Of a DNA stretch of 64,000 bases, positions 12,810 to 26,489 are shown piece after piece. The position numbers were made by a program, and so were the translations under genes. Location of the stretch: the NCBI GenBank assembly GCA_030704615.1, contig CM060733.1, forward strand, positions 30,938,001-31,002,000, in the 5' to 3' direction. Each line of letters starts with the position of its first letter. The stretch's first letter is position 1. The stretch is from Takakia lepidozioides. Its lineage: Eukaryota > Plantae > Bryophyta. Under the pieces are notes generated by a model, which made no database searches, was not told the origin of the DNA, and saw only the letters and a program-made list of their open reading frames with translations.

Positions 12810-14106
12810 AAGAGAAATGAAATGAAATGGTGCTTTATAACGTCCACGGAAAGCTCATAGAGCATATGGGACAAAATGGAAGGAAGAACATGAGAGAAAA
12901 TAGGAAAACCAGAGTCAGAGAAAAGAACTATTGTTCGAGTGATTGTCTAAGGGTGAATGCCTCGTGCAGGTAGGCTGCCAAACATTTCTGATCCTCATAG
13001 TGGAAGACTTCAGTGAGAGATTGGGTTCCACGGAATAGACAATGGACTCTCCCACGGATCTCATAGTATAGGGGGCAATAGAAGAAGAAGTGTTCTTCAG
13101 TTTCAATTTCCTGGTTGCGCCCTGTGCAAGCAGGACATAGGCGGCCCTTCCGCTGCAGGTTTTCCCATCTGCCAGTCTCTATCCGTAGGTTGTGGGAGCC
13201 CACTCTGAACCGCCCCAAAGCCCTCAGGAGAGAAGGAGATAAAGAGGCCGAAAGGTAATTGGGCCGCAAGATTCTATCATCCCGGAGAACCAAGAATGTT
13301 TCTCGATAGAAATGGAGCTCTGTTGTGAGGTTGGGTAACTTCCAAGTTCTCCTGACATTTAACTCCATGAGCTCCTTTCTAATGAGTTGGTTGCGGTCAT
13401 GCCTGGATGTGATTTCCACCTCTTCTGGGTTCACTGGCAAAAGTGAAGCTATAGAGAGTCCATGGCGTTCAAAAAAGGTATCCACACGTGCTTACCAGGA
13501 TTGTTTGAAGCCTGCATTTTTTAGTCTCATAGATGTTGTGAGGGCCCTGGTCACAAGCCCCTTGGGGGGAAGGCCTTGTAACCTATGCAGGAAAATTGTA
13601 AACCGGAAGAGGGCCTCAGTTTGGAGTGGCACACAGGCGAATTATGCATTCAATATGTGCGATGGAGTTGTGCCTCTGGCACCAAGCATTGCTTGCAGGA
13701 AAGATAACTGCAATGGTTCCAGATTGTTTTCCCACCAGGAAACTGGGACTGCAAGTGCCCAGAAATCACAACCAAAAGTGACATTTGGGGTGACCACGCT
13801 ATCAAACAGCCACTTCTTGGTCGGTGGGTGGCGCAGGTGTATCTGCTTGCATTTGGCCTGAAGGCGGATGGAGGCTGCCTTGCCTTTTGTCAATCTGTCC
13901 AGGGCAGTGGTTGCAAAGTGGAATTTGGGAGAGTGGATAACCAGCCCCAGATACCAGTAGGATTTGACTATCTCCACCTCCCGATTGTTGAGGAAGAATC
14001 TGCGGTCGGCCTGCCCATTGAAAACCATGATCTTGGTTTTTGTAAGGTTGACTTGTAACCCATAGTCATTGGAGAACTGTTCCAAGATGTCGAGAGAGTA
14101 AGGCAA
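12810..14106 (-). mobile_element. 5'-truncated LINE family B (RTEX/L2-like ORF2 C-terminus)
   Basis: GLQVNLTKTKIMVF, YWYLGL, RFRVGSHNLRIETGRW, CPAC...ETEEHFFFYCPLY, and a (CATTT)n tail. Confidence 0.88.
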
Positions 14107-14149
14107 TAAATAAGCTGCCCAAAGTAACTATGCAACGTCAAGATATTGC

Positions 14150-14727
14150 CTTACCTGGAGAGCCTCGCTCAGATCTGCTGCCAATTTCCGGTCAGCAAGG
14201 AATTAGATAGTTGTATCGACACTGCATCTCACAGTAGCGAGGAAAGTGAAAAAAAAAAGTATTCTCTAGTCTCAATGTCATACCATCCGCGGGGAGCTCA
14301 AAGAGCTTATGGAACAAGCGGAAGAGAGCCTCAGCAAGAGAGAAGGAAAAACACCAAACAAATTTTTTGCAGCTGTGGGAGGCCAAAACAACCCAAATGC
14401 AACAAAACAAAACAAAACAAAACCAGAGCCGTAGAGATGTACTCACAAGACGATGTTTGCTGTAGCTTTGTGGCCAAAGACCCTGCGCCCAGATTGGGCA
14501 GCACAAAAGGGAACAGACACTGCCTTTGTGAGGGGTCTCACTCCAGTAGTACGACTTACCTTGGTATAGACAACTAGGTCGGGCTTTCCAGATATCCTCT
14601 AGAAAGCCCTGCTGAAAGTGAGCTGCCCAGCAATTAGGCCCCAACAGGGCCAGGGCTTTAGGCTCAGCCTCAAGATTTTCAAACTTGGTGAACATAGGTG
14701 CAGGAACCACTTTCTTGATGTTCCTGA
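14150..14727 (-). mobile_element. Jumbled LINE 3' fragments (diverged family A and B-related)
   Basis: FENLEAEPKALALLG...GFLEDIWK matches the LINE A C-terminus. 14150-14260 resembles 31695-31830. Confidence 0.7.
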
Positions 14728-16226
14728 TGTAACGATCAAACCTTTTATGGAAAGTACTTAACAACTAAGCCACCTCTAAGCAAGATAACCTCCCAACCTT
14801 AGAGACCTCTCTTGCCTGCTTGCTAAAGAGTACAGGATCCCTCTTGGTGCTGAGACTGCCTTGCTCTCTCAAGACTCAGAGTAACCACATCTGACCATCA
14901 CGCTCTCTCTGACTACTTGTCCTTCTGCTCCCTGATTGTGTTCTCCTCTCTCGACTTAGCACCAGATCCCCTTTAAGTACTCTTTGAGGTCTCACCCCCT
15001 AGCTCTTAAGATATCCAGGTTGTAGCTATTCTCTTATAGCTTACTTTTTTATTTACCCGACTCTAGCCTTCTTTTAGACTTTGCGTAAGTCTATACATAT
15101 ACTTTTACTGTATATGGCTTTGCTTAAAGCCTTTCTTATACTTTTATTATTTATGGCTTGCTTAAGCCCATAACTGACCTTTGCTGACCTTTGCTAATCT
15201 AGGCTGTGACATTCTCTACCCCTCCGAAGCTTAGTCATTGTCCTCAATGACAAAGTCTGGGTATTTCTGTCTCAGTGTTTGCTCAGACTCCCAAGTAGCA
15301 TCAAGGAAGCCCATGTCATGCAACCAAACACTCCTTGATGAGACGACTGCACAATCTACGTTCTCTCTTGTCCAAAATCTGCCAAGGTCCGTGTTGGTCA
15401 CTCTCTGACCCTTCATGTAAAAGTATAGTTCCTTCTACCAAATTATCCCCATCATGTACGTACCTCTTGAGTTTTACTGACATGAAACACTGGATGTATC
15501 TTGCATGACTCTGGAAGCTCTAGCTTATATGCAACATCGTTAATGCGTTTCACAATCAGCAAAGGTCCACAATATTGAGGAGATAACTTCTTACCCTTCT
15601 TCTTACCTTTCCCTTTCACAAGGGTAGGTGAAGGTGATGGTATCAATAGGAACACTTTGTCCCCCACCTTGAATCCCCCGAAAGTGCGTTTCTTATCCGC
15701 ATAACTCTTAGCTCGATCTGAGGCCTTACGGATATGCAACCTTGCACTTGCTAGCTGCTCTTGCATCTGAGTTACAAACTCTGCTGCATTAGGTACATTT
15801 TGTGGAAATCCAGTCATAACTGGGCTCGTGAGTCTATACCCATACACTAGCTCAAATGGACCTATCATTGCTGAAGCATGCTTTTTGTCATTGTATGCAA
15901 ATTCTAACAATGGCAAATACTTCTCCCCTGAGGTTGGTCTGTCACCTACATAGGCCCGGGACATATCTTCTAGAACCTGATTTACTCTTTCAGTTTGTCC
16001 GTCACTCTGTGAATGATGTTTAGCTTTGTATCCAAAGTCTTAAACACGGCTGTCCAAAAATGACCAGTAAATCTAGTATCTCTGTCTGATGATACTGTGG
16101 ACATAGGTAATCCATGCAGACGAAACACATCCTGAACAAACAACTTCGCTACTTCAGGAGCTCCCACAGCTTTCTTGCTAGGCTTAAAATGAGCCATCTT
16201 GGACAATCTATCTACAACCATTAGAG
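14728..16226 (-). mobile_element. 3' part of a Ty3/gypsy element: integrase, chromodomain-like remnant, PPT and 3' LTR (14728-15211)
   Basis: [58 protein letters not shown] ggaggggtagagaa, then a TG...CA LTR of about 484 bp. Confidence 0.85.
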
Positions 16227-16569
16227 TTGCATCTTTTCCATGTTGTCAAAGTGGAGAACAAAAGTGATTTGACTGAAGATGCTGTCACGACAACTCTCCG
16301 CCGGGCTTTGAGATTCTACTCCACCATTCAAGCCCACGATGGGCACTGGCCTGGTGATTATGGAGGCCCTATGTTGCTTCTACCAGGCCTGGTGAGCATC
16401 CCCACAAGGCCTTGATGTTGAATTGTTGTTTTTGGGCTGCTTGTTAAGCACCCCACTTTGTTCCCTGTATCCTGGTTTCTCTTGTACCATAAGCTCTTTG
16501 AGCTTTCCATGGATGTTCTACAGTTTTCTTCTTTTTCTTTCTCTCTTTCTCTCTCTCTCTCTCTCTGTG

Positions 16570-17375
16570 CCACAAGGATCTGAATCTAAGCCCGCAAGTC
16601 TCGACCCTGCTGGATAAATCTGACTTGGAGGCTGTAGTGTCCAAAGCCATGTCTGCTGCCAGGAAATTGTCTGAGGAATATGAAGTTAGGCAAACTTCCC
16701 TGAACTTGTTTCCAGTCTATGACATGAGAGAAGCCATCATGGATGACCTCAAGGGTCTACCGCCCTCGGCACTAGACCGAAATTTGGAAGCCTACCTTTG
16801 AACAGCAAACAGATGCAGAGAGGAAAGAGGGATTGCAATTGCCCGTTGTGTGGGCAACCTGAAGACAAGATTCATTTTCAGATTCATTGTCCTGGGTACT
16901 CTCACGAGAGAGACGCCCTCTTCAAATCCATCAAGGGAATTGTGCCTGAACCTCTGCTTACCAACTTTGAAGTCTTGAGGCTGAGCCAAAGGCCCAGGCC
17001 CTTTTGGGGCTTAGTTATTGGGTAAACCACAGACAGCAGATTGATGCTTTTGTGAAGGGATTTCTAGAGGATATCTGGGTAAGTCAGATAATTGTCTGTT
17101 CCAAGGTAAGTCATACAACCAGCGTCAGCCCCTGACAAAGGTAGTTTCTGTCCCCTTGTGTTCTGCTCAAACAGAGCGCGGGGTCAATGGCCACAAGGCT
17201 ACGGCAAACAAGGTACATTCTCTGCCACAAGGCTGCGGCAAACAATGTCTTATGAGTACATTCTGACACACAACAAATTACCAAGTAAGTCCCACCACCG
17301 GAGTGAGCTCCTCACAAAGGTAGTGTCTGTTCCCTTTAGTTCCGCCCAAACTGGGCGGGGGTCTATGGCCACAAG
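16570..17375 (+). mobile_element. 5'-truncated LINE A fragments following a (TC)n tract in OSC intron
   Basis: CPLCGQPEDKIHFQIHC and duplicated LINE A 3' ends. Confidence 0.85.
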
Positions 17376-17669
17376 TACTCCACTTGAAGAAGTGAAGTGG
17401 AGGTGAAATTATACACGACAAAGTTGTTATAGAGTCTGAAATGCTGCCATTAAACCAGCACGCTAGAATCCTGTGTCGCAATCCTTAGAACTAGTCCACT
17501 CAAGGAATGATATTACATGTCTTTTATATATTTTACCTCTTTTCAATTGAATGCCCTTTTCCTGCAGCCATTCATCATTAACAGATCTCTCCATCTCATA
17601 TCCATAGTGATCTTACTTGCTTACACAGCAAAGCTCATCTGTGCGACATCTTCAAACTTTCTCCTTCAC

Positions 17670-20445
17670 TTTGAAAGTTTCTAACCGGTTTGATGCCCTG
17701 GATGTGGTTGATACCAAGACAGACTAGCTGGCCCTATGTGTGCGTCTTGTGACCGAAGGATATGGTAATCTGAATGGTTTGCCAATCCTTAAAGCTTACA
17801 TAAGACAAGCAAAATCTACACAGGGGGTAATTGACCCCCCTTTGCAGATCAGTTGGCCGTCTAGGGGCAATCATAGGCTAACTAGACGGCACACAATCTA
17901 TATGCAAAGGGCTGGCTTATGGCTGGGCACTTTCAACTTCTCCGGGCTGACTAACTAAAGGAAACAATTTGAAGTGGGACAAGTTCTTCAGGCAAATGGT
18001 ATTCATATCTGTGCAGGGCAAGAGACATGGGAAACTTTGGACAAATGGAGATGTCAATGGTCATTAGTGGTTTGGTAAGATGTGTGCACTTAGCCGGCCT
18101 CCGCCAAGCGCGGTCAAAAAGGTTTTGGCTTCTTTGTCTGAGATTTCTTGTGTGACAATTGTGAATTTGTCAACAAGGGTTTGCGGTATGAGCACAGTAT
18201 CTGGCTGAAACTGACATAGAAGGGCGGCGTGAGTAGGAAGGACCTCTTTGTGGGTTGTGTTTACATGCCCACAAAGGGGACCCTCAGTGCTGATGCAGAC
18301 AAAGCCTTCGAAGACGTAAAGCTTGACTGTACTAAGTTCCTCGCCAAAGGTAAGGTGGTCTTTTTGGGTGACTTCAATGCCTGGGTGGGTAAAGGTCTTC
18401 ATCAGGATGATACCATTGGGCCTTTTGGTGAGGACGAGCTGAATTCTAGTGAAAGACGGTTATAAACTGTCTGGAAGAATTTCAGCTTTTGACCTTGAAT
18501 AGTAAGTCAAAAGGTGGCGTGGTGCAGTGGACTCATGAGAAAGCCCAAACTGGGGAACAATCCATTGTGGATTATATCATAGTGGACAATTTTGTTTCCC
18601 CAGTGTGCCAATGTGTTGATCGACAGAACTGATATCGGTACTTCTGACCACTTCGCAGTTTGGACTGATATATAAAGGTCTTTCCCCAACACCAAGAGAT
18701 CTATGAAACGCTGGATTCGGACGTGGCGCATAGAAAAATTCCGAAATGAAGAGGTCAAGGCTGAGTATGTCCAGGCCTTGCAAGAGGCTCTCCCTCACTT
18801 TGTCCATTCGCTCCAAGATCTTCAGTCTCGCCCTGGCAATGCAAGAAATGAAGTCAAAAGAGCGGTGGGTTCCTGGGAGAGGGGAGAGTTTCGTCTCCTC
18901 TGGCTGTTAAGATCTCTGTGAGAAACTAATTGTCTGCAGTAGAGCTGTTAATTGGTGGACCAATGAGATCAAACTCAAGAGAACCGAGAGACGAGTCCTC
19001 TATAAAGAGTGCTGAATTTGAAATTCAACAAAGAATTTTGGGCTCGGTACTACCAGATCCGCAAAGACATCAATTAGCTTGTAAGGTCTCAGAAATAATT
19101 ATATTGGGACAAGTTATACAGTGAAATCAACTCAAATCACCATGGTGGTAATGACAAGAGATTCTGGTTGGCCCTTCAACAGCTGTACTAGCCGAAAAAT
19201 TGTCAGCAAGTACAAGTGCTGAGGACATCTAATAGTGCAGTGGTGACTTCAACGGTTGTCACTGTCAAAACCTTTGAAACTCACTGCAGTATCCTTGGCA
19301 GATATTCTAGGTCTAATAGTGAGGGGTCTTCTGAAGAATGGAAGGACACAGTTGAAAAAACTGTTCCTGTGATTCAAGACAGCCCTGATGAACTGGAGGA
19401 CATTCCAAAGGGTTACAATGCTCCCATTAGTTCTTCTGAGATTGTGGAAGCAATTGAGTATCGCCCTCGTACTGTACCTAAATAGTTATAAAGAAAAAAA
19501 GCCATGCTTTGCCGTATTATTAGGCCTGCCTTGGAGTACGCATCTGCAGTGTGGGTTGATAACTCCAACCTCTAGAATCCATTCAAGTGGGATGCTCAGG
19601 GAGTGCATGTTAGCATGCTCCAAAACAGCTAATGTGGCTGTTTGGGGTGAGCTTGGCATCCCTCCTCCAAGCTCCCAACGAGGTCAGATGGTGGGGTCAG
19701 CTGCAACGTATGACTAATATCAGATATCCTAAGCTAATTGACTCTATATCTTGGAAGCAGGATCGCCCTGTCAAACAGAGTAAATCCTGGTGGAAGAGGG
19801 TAGGAGAGACTTTCAAGGATCTGAATCTTAGTTGGCAAGTCTTGACCCTGGTGGATAAATTTGACTTAGAGGCTGTAGTGTCCAAAGCCATGTCTGTTGC
19901 CAGGAAATTGTCTGATGAAAATGAAGTTAGGCAGAAAACTTCTCTGAACTTGTTTCCAGTCTGTGACATGGGTGAGGCCATCATGGACGACCTCAAGGGT
20001 CTACCCGCTCTTGTCACTGGACTAAATTTTAAACGCACGGCAGGAATCCTACCTTTGAACTGCAAACAGATGCAGAGAGGAAAGGGGGATTGCAAATGCC
20101 CATTGTGTGGGCAACCTGAAGACGATATCCACTTTCTGAATTATTGTCCTGGGTACTCTCACCAGAGAGACGCCCTCTTCAATTCCATCAAGGGAATTGT
20201 TCCTGTACCTCTGTTTACCAACTTTGAAAATCTCAAGGCTGAGCCAAAAGCCCAGGCCCTTTTGGGGTCTAGTTATTGAGAAAATCTAGCAGATTGATGT
20301 TTGTGTGACGGGATTTCTAGAGGATATCTGGAAAACTTGGATCAATTGCTTGTTTCAAGGGGCTGTACTATCGGCGTCAGCCCCTGACATAGGTAGTTTG
20401 TGTTTGCTCAACTGGGCGCAGGGTCAATGGGCATTAGGCTACATT
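17670..20445 (+). mobile_element. LINE A copy with most of the RT deleted
   Basis: APE (LGDFNAWVG, TSDH), jump at ~19460-19495, C-terminal ORF 19632-20279. Confidence 0.88.
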
Positions 20446-20689
20446 CTCTTTCCCTCTTTAATCTTGGGTGTAATATTTCAGGTGGAATAAAGTGAGTTTT
20501 TCCTATGGATATCCTGAAACTGACAAGTAGACACTTGCTACAGAATTCATTCTCTGGCTAGGGCCTTGTGGGTTTTATTGAGTGCCTATGTGCTGGTTTG
20601 AATCTCGGTTTTCAGAACCCTTAGCCTGCAATTTAGTACTCATTTACAAAAGTTTTTTGAGTACAAATGGCGGCTACCTGAAACGACAG

Positions 20690-21236
20690 GCAAAGTGTCG
20701 GGCATACCACTCACTGAGCTTTACCTCAAGAGATTTTCAACAGGGTTGCGGCCTGCAAGGTTTAAGCGCAACCTTGCCTTCATTGTGCTGGTCAAGCTCC
20801 TTATGCGGTTATAGGGAAGCCATGGCTCATTTGTTGACATGAACAGTAGTCCTTACATGTGCTTTGCAATTACTTGTTGTTGCATGAATGGATATGCACA
20901 ACGTCGCAGACTGGTCTGCCTCAAACTTTCAAGGTTCTGTGCAATGTCACACCTTTGCTGTTACTCTTGCGTTTTTTCACTTGCTTAGATCTGCAGTTGG
21001 GACAGCAATAGCAAGCGTGAAGACCTGCTACTCACCTCGCGAATCCTCACTAACCCGCATTTGTTGGATGTGGTGGCTTTTGGGACGGGCGCAGGTGAGG
21101 GTCCTTCACCTTCCATGGGTCTCTAAGCTATATGTGTAAGTTTTGCTACAGAGTACATTGGATAGATGATGGAAATCGCCTATCGCATGGGGCAGGCCAC
21201 TGCCTGGAACAACACTTGACGACAGCCTCATGTTTC
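20690..21236 (+). pseudogene. Three exon-like segments of an unidentified gene inside the OSC intron
   Basis: AG/GT-bounded pieces splice in frame to GKVSGIPLTELYLKRFSTGLRPA|SWDSNSKREDLLLTSRILTNPHLLDVVAFGTGA|EYIG*MMEIAYRMGQATAWNNT*RQPHVS. Confidence 0.4.
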
Positions 21237-24200
21237 TGTGAGGGAAGGATTTTAAGGAAGTAATCTACCCTTGGGATCTGATACCAGCGGGTTCTGAAGA
21301 CCCGTCTTGACTTGGATAATCTCAGACATGGGATTTTCAGGGATTTTCAGGGAAGTATTTGTGTTGACTCTACTTTGATGAAACCGAATTATCCTCATAG
21401 AGAAGTAGTTTGCTCAGACATTTACTGGTTTTTAAGCAAGCACTGGTTTGCTTAAGTAAAGGCTAAGGCTAACCGGGAGGTCACTGACCTACAGTCCACA
21501 TGCTTAAAAGCCCGGATTCACATTTGTGGAAATCCGAATATGACGGTACAGTGAATATGAATATTGTTCAGTATGGTATCTGTCAGTCACTATGAAGAAA
21601 GTTGTTTTTTTAAGGGTTTCTAACAAACCCCACCATCCACCCCACTCACCCAGAAGTGTGAAACAAATCAGGAGAAAGACTGGTTTAGGAGAAGGGTGAT
21701 GGTGCCTTGCAATGCAAGGCTGTTTTGTCCTGGTTTAAAATAAAATAAACTTTCTGATCTGGTCAAGTCCTGACAGATCCTTCCTTGTCTCAGAACACAC
21801 ACACATCTCCACATGTGTGCAAGTGCACATCCACCATCCTGAATGGCTAAATGGTCTACAGCCACAGGTCTGCAGCCAGGATGTTTGAAGGGAAACAGTT
21901 CTCTTTGTTTTGAAGTTTGTTATCCGATCACTTTCTGTATCTGGGGTTCTGACGAGGTCTTGGCCTTTCTCAATCAAGGACTAGCTACAAAGAAACGTGT
22001 GACATTCTTTTCAGCAGAGTTACATTAACAGGGCATGTGGCATCATTCTTAATGTCCAAATTATAATGATCACACCTTCAACCACAATCATGCACACCAG
22101 TGCCATGGCAATTCTAGACACTGATAGATGAAACCTGACAGCTGGCTCACAGTATGCTGCAGTTGCAATAATTCTATGGCAAGCTATGTTCTGCAGTTTA
22201 TGAGCTGCAAGTCTTGTCCTCTTCCGTCCTATGCCTTAGCTGAGCTCTTTCCTTGCCTTTTTTGCACCTCTTTTTGGCCTGCTAGCCACATCTGGAGCTC
22301 ATTTGTTTTGTGTCAATTTTGTTGGCAGATAATCACTCTGTCTGTGGCAAGATCACTAGGTGCTGTGTTATCCCAAGCACATCAGCACGAGATGCGTCGT
22401 TATCTCTACAACCATCAGGCATGTCTGTACTCTTCTCTGAGCTGATACATTGCTCTGGGAATATACTTTGAGAAACTGTTTCAACTTGCTACTTGGGGAG
22501 TGAAGAAGCAGGCCAGGCAGGCAGGCAGGGATTGCATTGAGAGAGGAGGTAACGTCAACTGGGGGTCATGGAGGTTTGGGGTGTATCGGGGCCAGGTAAC
22601 CCCCAGCGATACAGTGAGAAGGGGTGAGAGGATGTTTTTTCCAGCACTGAGCCACAATGTAACTTGGGGGATGCAGAACAAGGATGGAGGATGGGGTTTG
22701 CAAATAGAGGGCCACAGTACCATGTTTTGCTCGGTGCTCTGTTATGTCGCCTTGCGCCTGCTTGGGGATGGGCCTGACGGTGGTGATTTTAATACTCTGG
22801 AGCGTGGGCATAGTTGGATCCTGAACCATGGCGGTGCCACCACGGTTTCCCTCCTGGAGCAAATTTTGGCTTTCTGTATGTGCACACTAACTCCCTTACT
22901 CTTCACTCACCACCCCTTAAAAAGGAAAATAAATTCCTCTGTAATAAACAGTTCTGTGCCTGCCCATCCAGATTTGTATGGAGTGGCTACATTGGTATTG
23001 GCCAGAGTTTGATTGGACTCTTCTAGCAACTGCAAAACTATCTATCCCCAGTCCAGTACCTCACCAGGGAAAAGCTCAACAAGGAGAAGACAATCATTTA
23101 TTCAGTCTTGAGGGCAAATAGACTCGCATGTCTCTACACCAGTTCAAGTTCATTCAGAAGATGAGGGGTATGTGAAGCGAGATCTGTGGGGCCCCAATCC
23201 TCATGATACATAGCGTTAAACTCAGGACCATTGTTTAGGAGAGCCTACACTTTCTCTGCTGAAAGTTATTTAACAAATGCCAAGACAGTTGAATGCATGC
23301 CAAATCTTTCTTGTAATACGAAGTCCTAATACTTAAGATTGTTTGAACTTCCTTCGTGATTTTGTGGCTGCAGGTTCTAGGGTTATTTGAATGGTCGGGC
23401 AACAACCCTTTGCCCCCTGAATTCTGGATGCTACCCTACTTTCTCCCTATGCATCCAGGTGCACTACCTCTGATCCAACGCAACATGGGTGTTACTCTTT
23501 GAAGTAGCATTTGCTGAGAAACATGTGTATCGTCTGCTCCTATATGGGCAAGCATGTCCTTATCAATCCTCCTGTAGATACCATTGTAATATCTGGACTT
23601 TTACATGACTTCTTATCCTGTAACAGTTTGCTTGGAACACTTTGGCTTGGAACTGTAAGATTGAATGAACACATCTTCAATAGATTTAGCTATTGGAAGG
23701 AAACACAATAATGAAGAGCAGAACACCTATCCAATATATTCAAGTGGCTGGATGATGACGGGCCCATATTGCTGTAGTGTCTGCCTATATGTCTTGCCTA
23801 CATGAGCTCTTATACTGTTCTCTTTGGGATCAAGCACATCTAAAGTGCGTATCGATGTCATATGGACAAATGGAAATACAACATGCAAACAAAGCTTGAG
23901 CAACCTTGAACATTGAGGCCTTGACTGACTTACATTAATTGATCAAAATCAAAAGAAGTGAGAATGAATGGAGACATTCAAAAGTGCTTTATCCTGACTC
24001 AATTACTGTTGAAGTGAAATTTCATATGCAAGTGGTGAACTTGCTCCCAGGCAAGCATTGATGAAGCCCCTAACCAATCAAACTGTGGGATCACAGGACG
24101 CATGTGGTGTCACTCTCGAATGGTTTACCTGGCCATGCTTCTGTTGCAATTGAAGGTAGGATTTAGGAAGACAAGAAGGATAAAGGAGAAAAAATTGCAG

Positions 24201-26489
24201 CATGAAGGTCCAATTTGTCGCAGAGATTAAGACCACTTCGATGTTGACATGGGACTGGCCGTCTGTGCATATGTCAGAGACAATGGAAGAAATAAACTTA
24301 ATAGCATCCACTGAGGGCCACGATGATGACCCATGGAGAGGGCACAAAAAGCAAGGAACTTCATAACATCCACAGTAGCCCAGCAGCTGGGAGGCCAAGG
24401 AGGGTAGTCATTCCACTGTGCTTGTTGTAACCTTGTGACATAAATCCTGGGCAGAGAGGATGATAAGACGTCATACATATCTTGCTGATTTGGTTGGTGC
24501 CTGTTTGTAGGAGGACCTGTACTATCCTCATCCATTAATACAGGACATACTATGGGGCACACTGCACAAGGTTGTAGAGCCTGTGTTGATGCATTGGCCA
24601 GGCTCTCTTCTTCGTGCTAAGGCCCTTGCCACAACCATGGAACATATCCACTATGAGGACGAAAACACCTGTTATCTAGACATTGGGCCTGTCAATAAGG
24701 TATGTGGGCTGAACCAGACTTGCTATCTGGAGTATTCTGCACTGGCTGATTCCAATAAACAAGGGAGTAATTTAGGATGCTTCTTAGCTCCTTGTTCTTG
24801 AGTGAAGGTCTTGAACTTCTTTTAGGCACAGGAAACTTGCAAGATGGGGAATCTGCCATTAATTATGTTGGTATTCTTATCAGTTTTTCTCAGAATCATT
24901 CAGATACCAATTTTTGGAGAGACTGCTGTATGGGGTTGCGTACAGGTTATGAACACGTTGTGCTGTTGGGTGGAGAATCCCAACTCAGAAGCATTCAAGC
25001 TGCACCTTCCTCGTATCCTTGATTATCTCTGGTTGGCTGAAGATGGCATGAAGATGAAGGTTTGTTCTGGCTTTGAGTGGACATGTCGAGTGGTTATTAT
25101 ACCTGTCACTGCTTCATTGCTTGAATGATACAAGGGCATCTATTTAACAATCTATGTGTCCAGGAAAGAGGAGACAAATAGGACCCTTAGTTGTTTGGGG
25201 TCTGCCACATCGTTATATGCTTGTCTATTCTTACATTGCCACACTGAATTTGGGATTGCAGGGATACAATGGGAGTCAATTTTGGGACACAGCATTTGCT
25301 GTGCAAGCGCTGGCATCGATCGAGCTACACAATGAGTGTGGGACCATGCTTAAGAAAGCTCACTCCTACAGTGATAAGTCCCAGGTTCTTCTCTAGCTCT
25401 CCTTCACCATCTCTTGTAACGCGTTGCAGTCTAGGACGAGTACCGAACATTGCAATACATCATTTCAAGCAGGATCAATCAGTAACATCTGGTTGGTGTG
25501 TTGCAGTTCAATCCACCTGCAAGCTGTAAACAGTAAATTCGTTGACAGGAATACAAGTAAGATTTTTACAAGAAAGTGCACATAAAACACGCACAAATAC
25601 ATTCATTACTGGGATACGTATGTTTCCTATAGTTGTGTTTAGGGTTGAGCTAGGGTGTGAATCACAGCTTTCATCTGCATGTTGTGAAGGTCGTGGAAGA
25701 TCCTCCGGAGATTTGGCCCACTGGCACCGCCACATTTCAAAAGGGGAAGCCCCCTTTTCTAACAGAGACCATGGGTGGGCTGTCTCTGACTGCTCCTCTG
25801 AGGGCTTGAAGGTGGACACATTTCTCTTCCACCATCTTTGTCATGAAAGGTTATGGTCCTGAGAGTACCCTAAAGGGCTAAGCTTGTTAGCTCAAAAGCA
25901 ATGTTGCCATAGTGATAGTGTTGTTCATGGTTTCTTATTCAACTCTGTGGAAGGCTGCAGGCAGCCCTGGTGTTGTCAAAGTTACCACGGGAACTGGTTG
26001 GGGACCCGATCTCAGCGGAGCGTTTGTATGACTGTGTCAACGTCATTCTGTCCTACCAAGTAATTTCTTCTCTTCAGGGAATTTTCTTCTGAGAGAGGCA
26101 GATAAATGTACTTGTGACTAGTTATCATGAATTTCTCACTCGTTCATACATTTTCTAATTCACTGGTTATTAAGGCCAGTAGTTATTGCATAGTACGTAA
26201 CTGGAGGCAGGACCTCATGAGTTAAGAATTTACTTAATCATGGTAGCTCTGTCTGAATCAGTCTTCCTCGTGTATGTAACCTGACTTACCTTCTAAAACT
26301 CTCACTGATATGTATTTGGTGGCGTGCCTCATATGGTCTTTTGGGTAAAATGGCAGAACGAGGATGGAGGGTCAGCCACCTATGAAAACACCAGATCCTA
26401 TCCTTGTTTTGAGGTAAGCTGACAACATGTTGTTTTTACTATGCTCGCCTTCAACTCCCCAGTAATGTGAAGAAGGGGGAGTGAGAGGG

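Larger units (their letters stand above)
16227..26413 (+). pseudogene. Oxidosqualene cyclase (cycloartenol synthase-like) pseudogene, exons ~2-12
   Basis: Exons ~16227-16391 ([14 protein letters not shown]), 22329-22418 (GC donor), 22677-22875 (DGGWGL, +1 frameshift), 23374-23458, 24097-~24138 (MWCHSRMVY, truncated), 24511-24699, 24946-25059, 25262-25384 (GYNGSQ), 25690-25811 (SDCSSEGLK, -1 frameshift), 25961-26059, 26357-26413. The first exon and the C-terminal exons are not found. Confidence 0.92.

Noticed and set aside
14150-14260. Apparent upstream ABCB exon ending cag|gtaagg
   Set aside because: Matches the LINE 3' end at 31695-31830, not ABCB.
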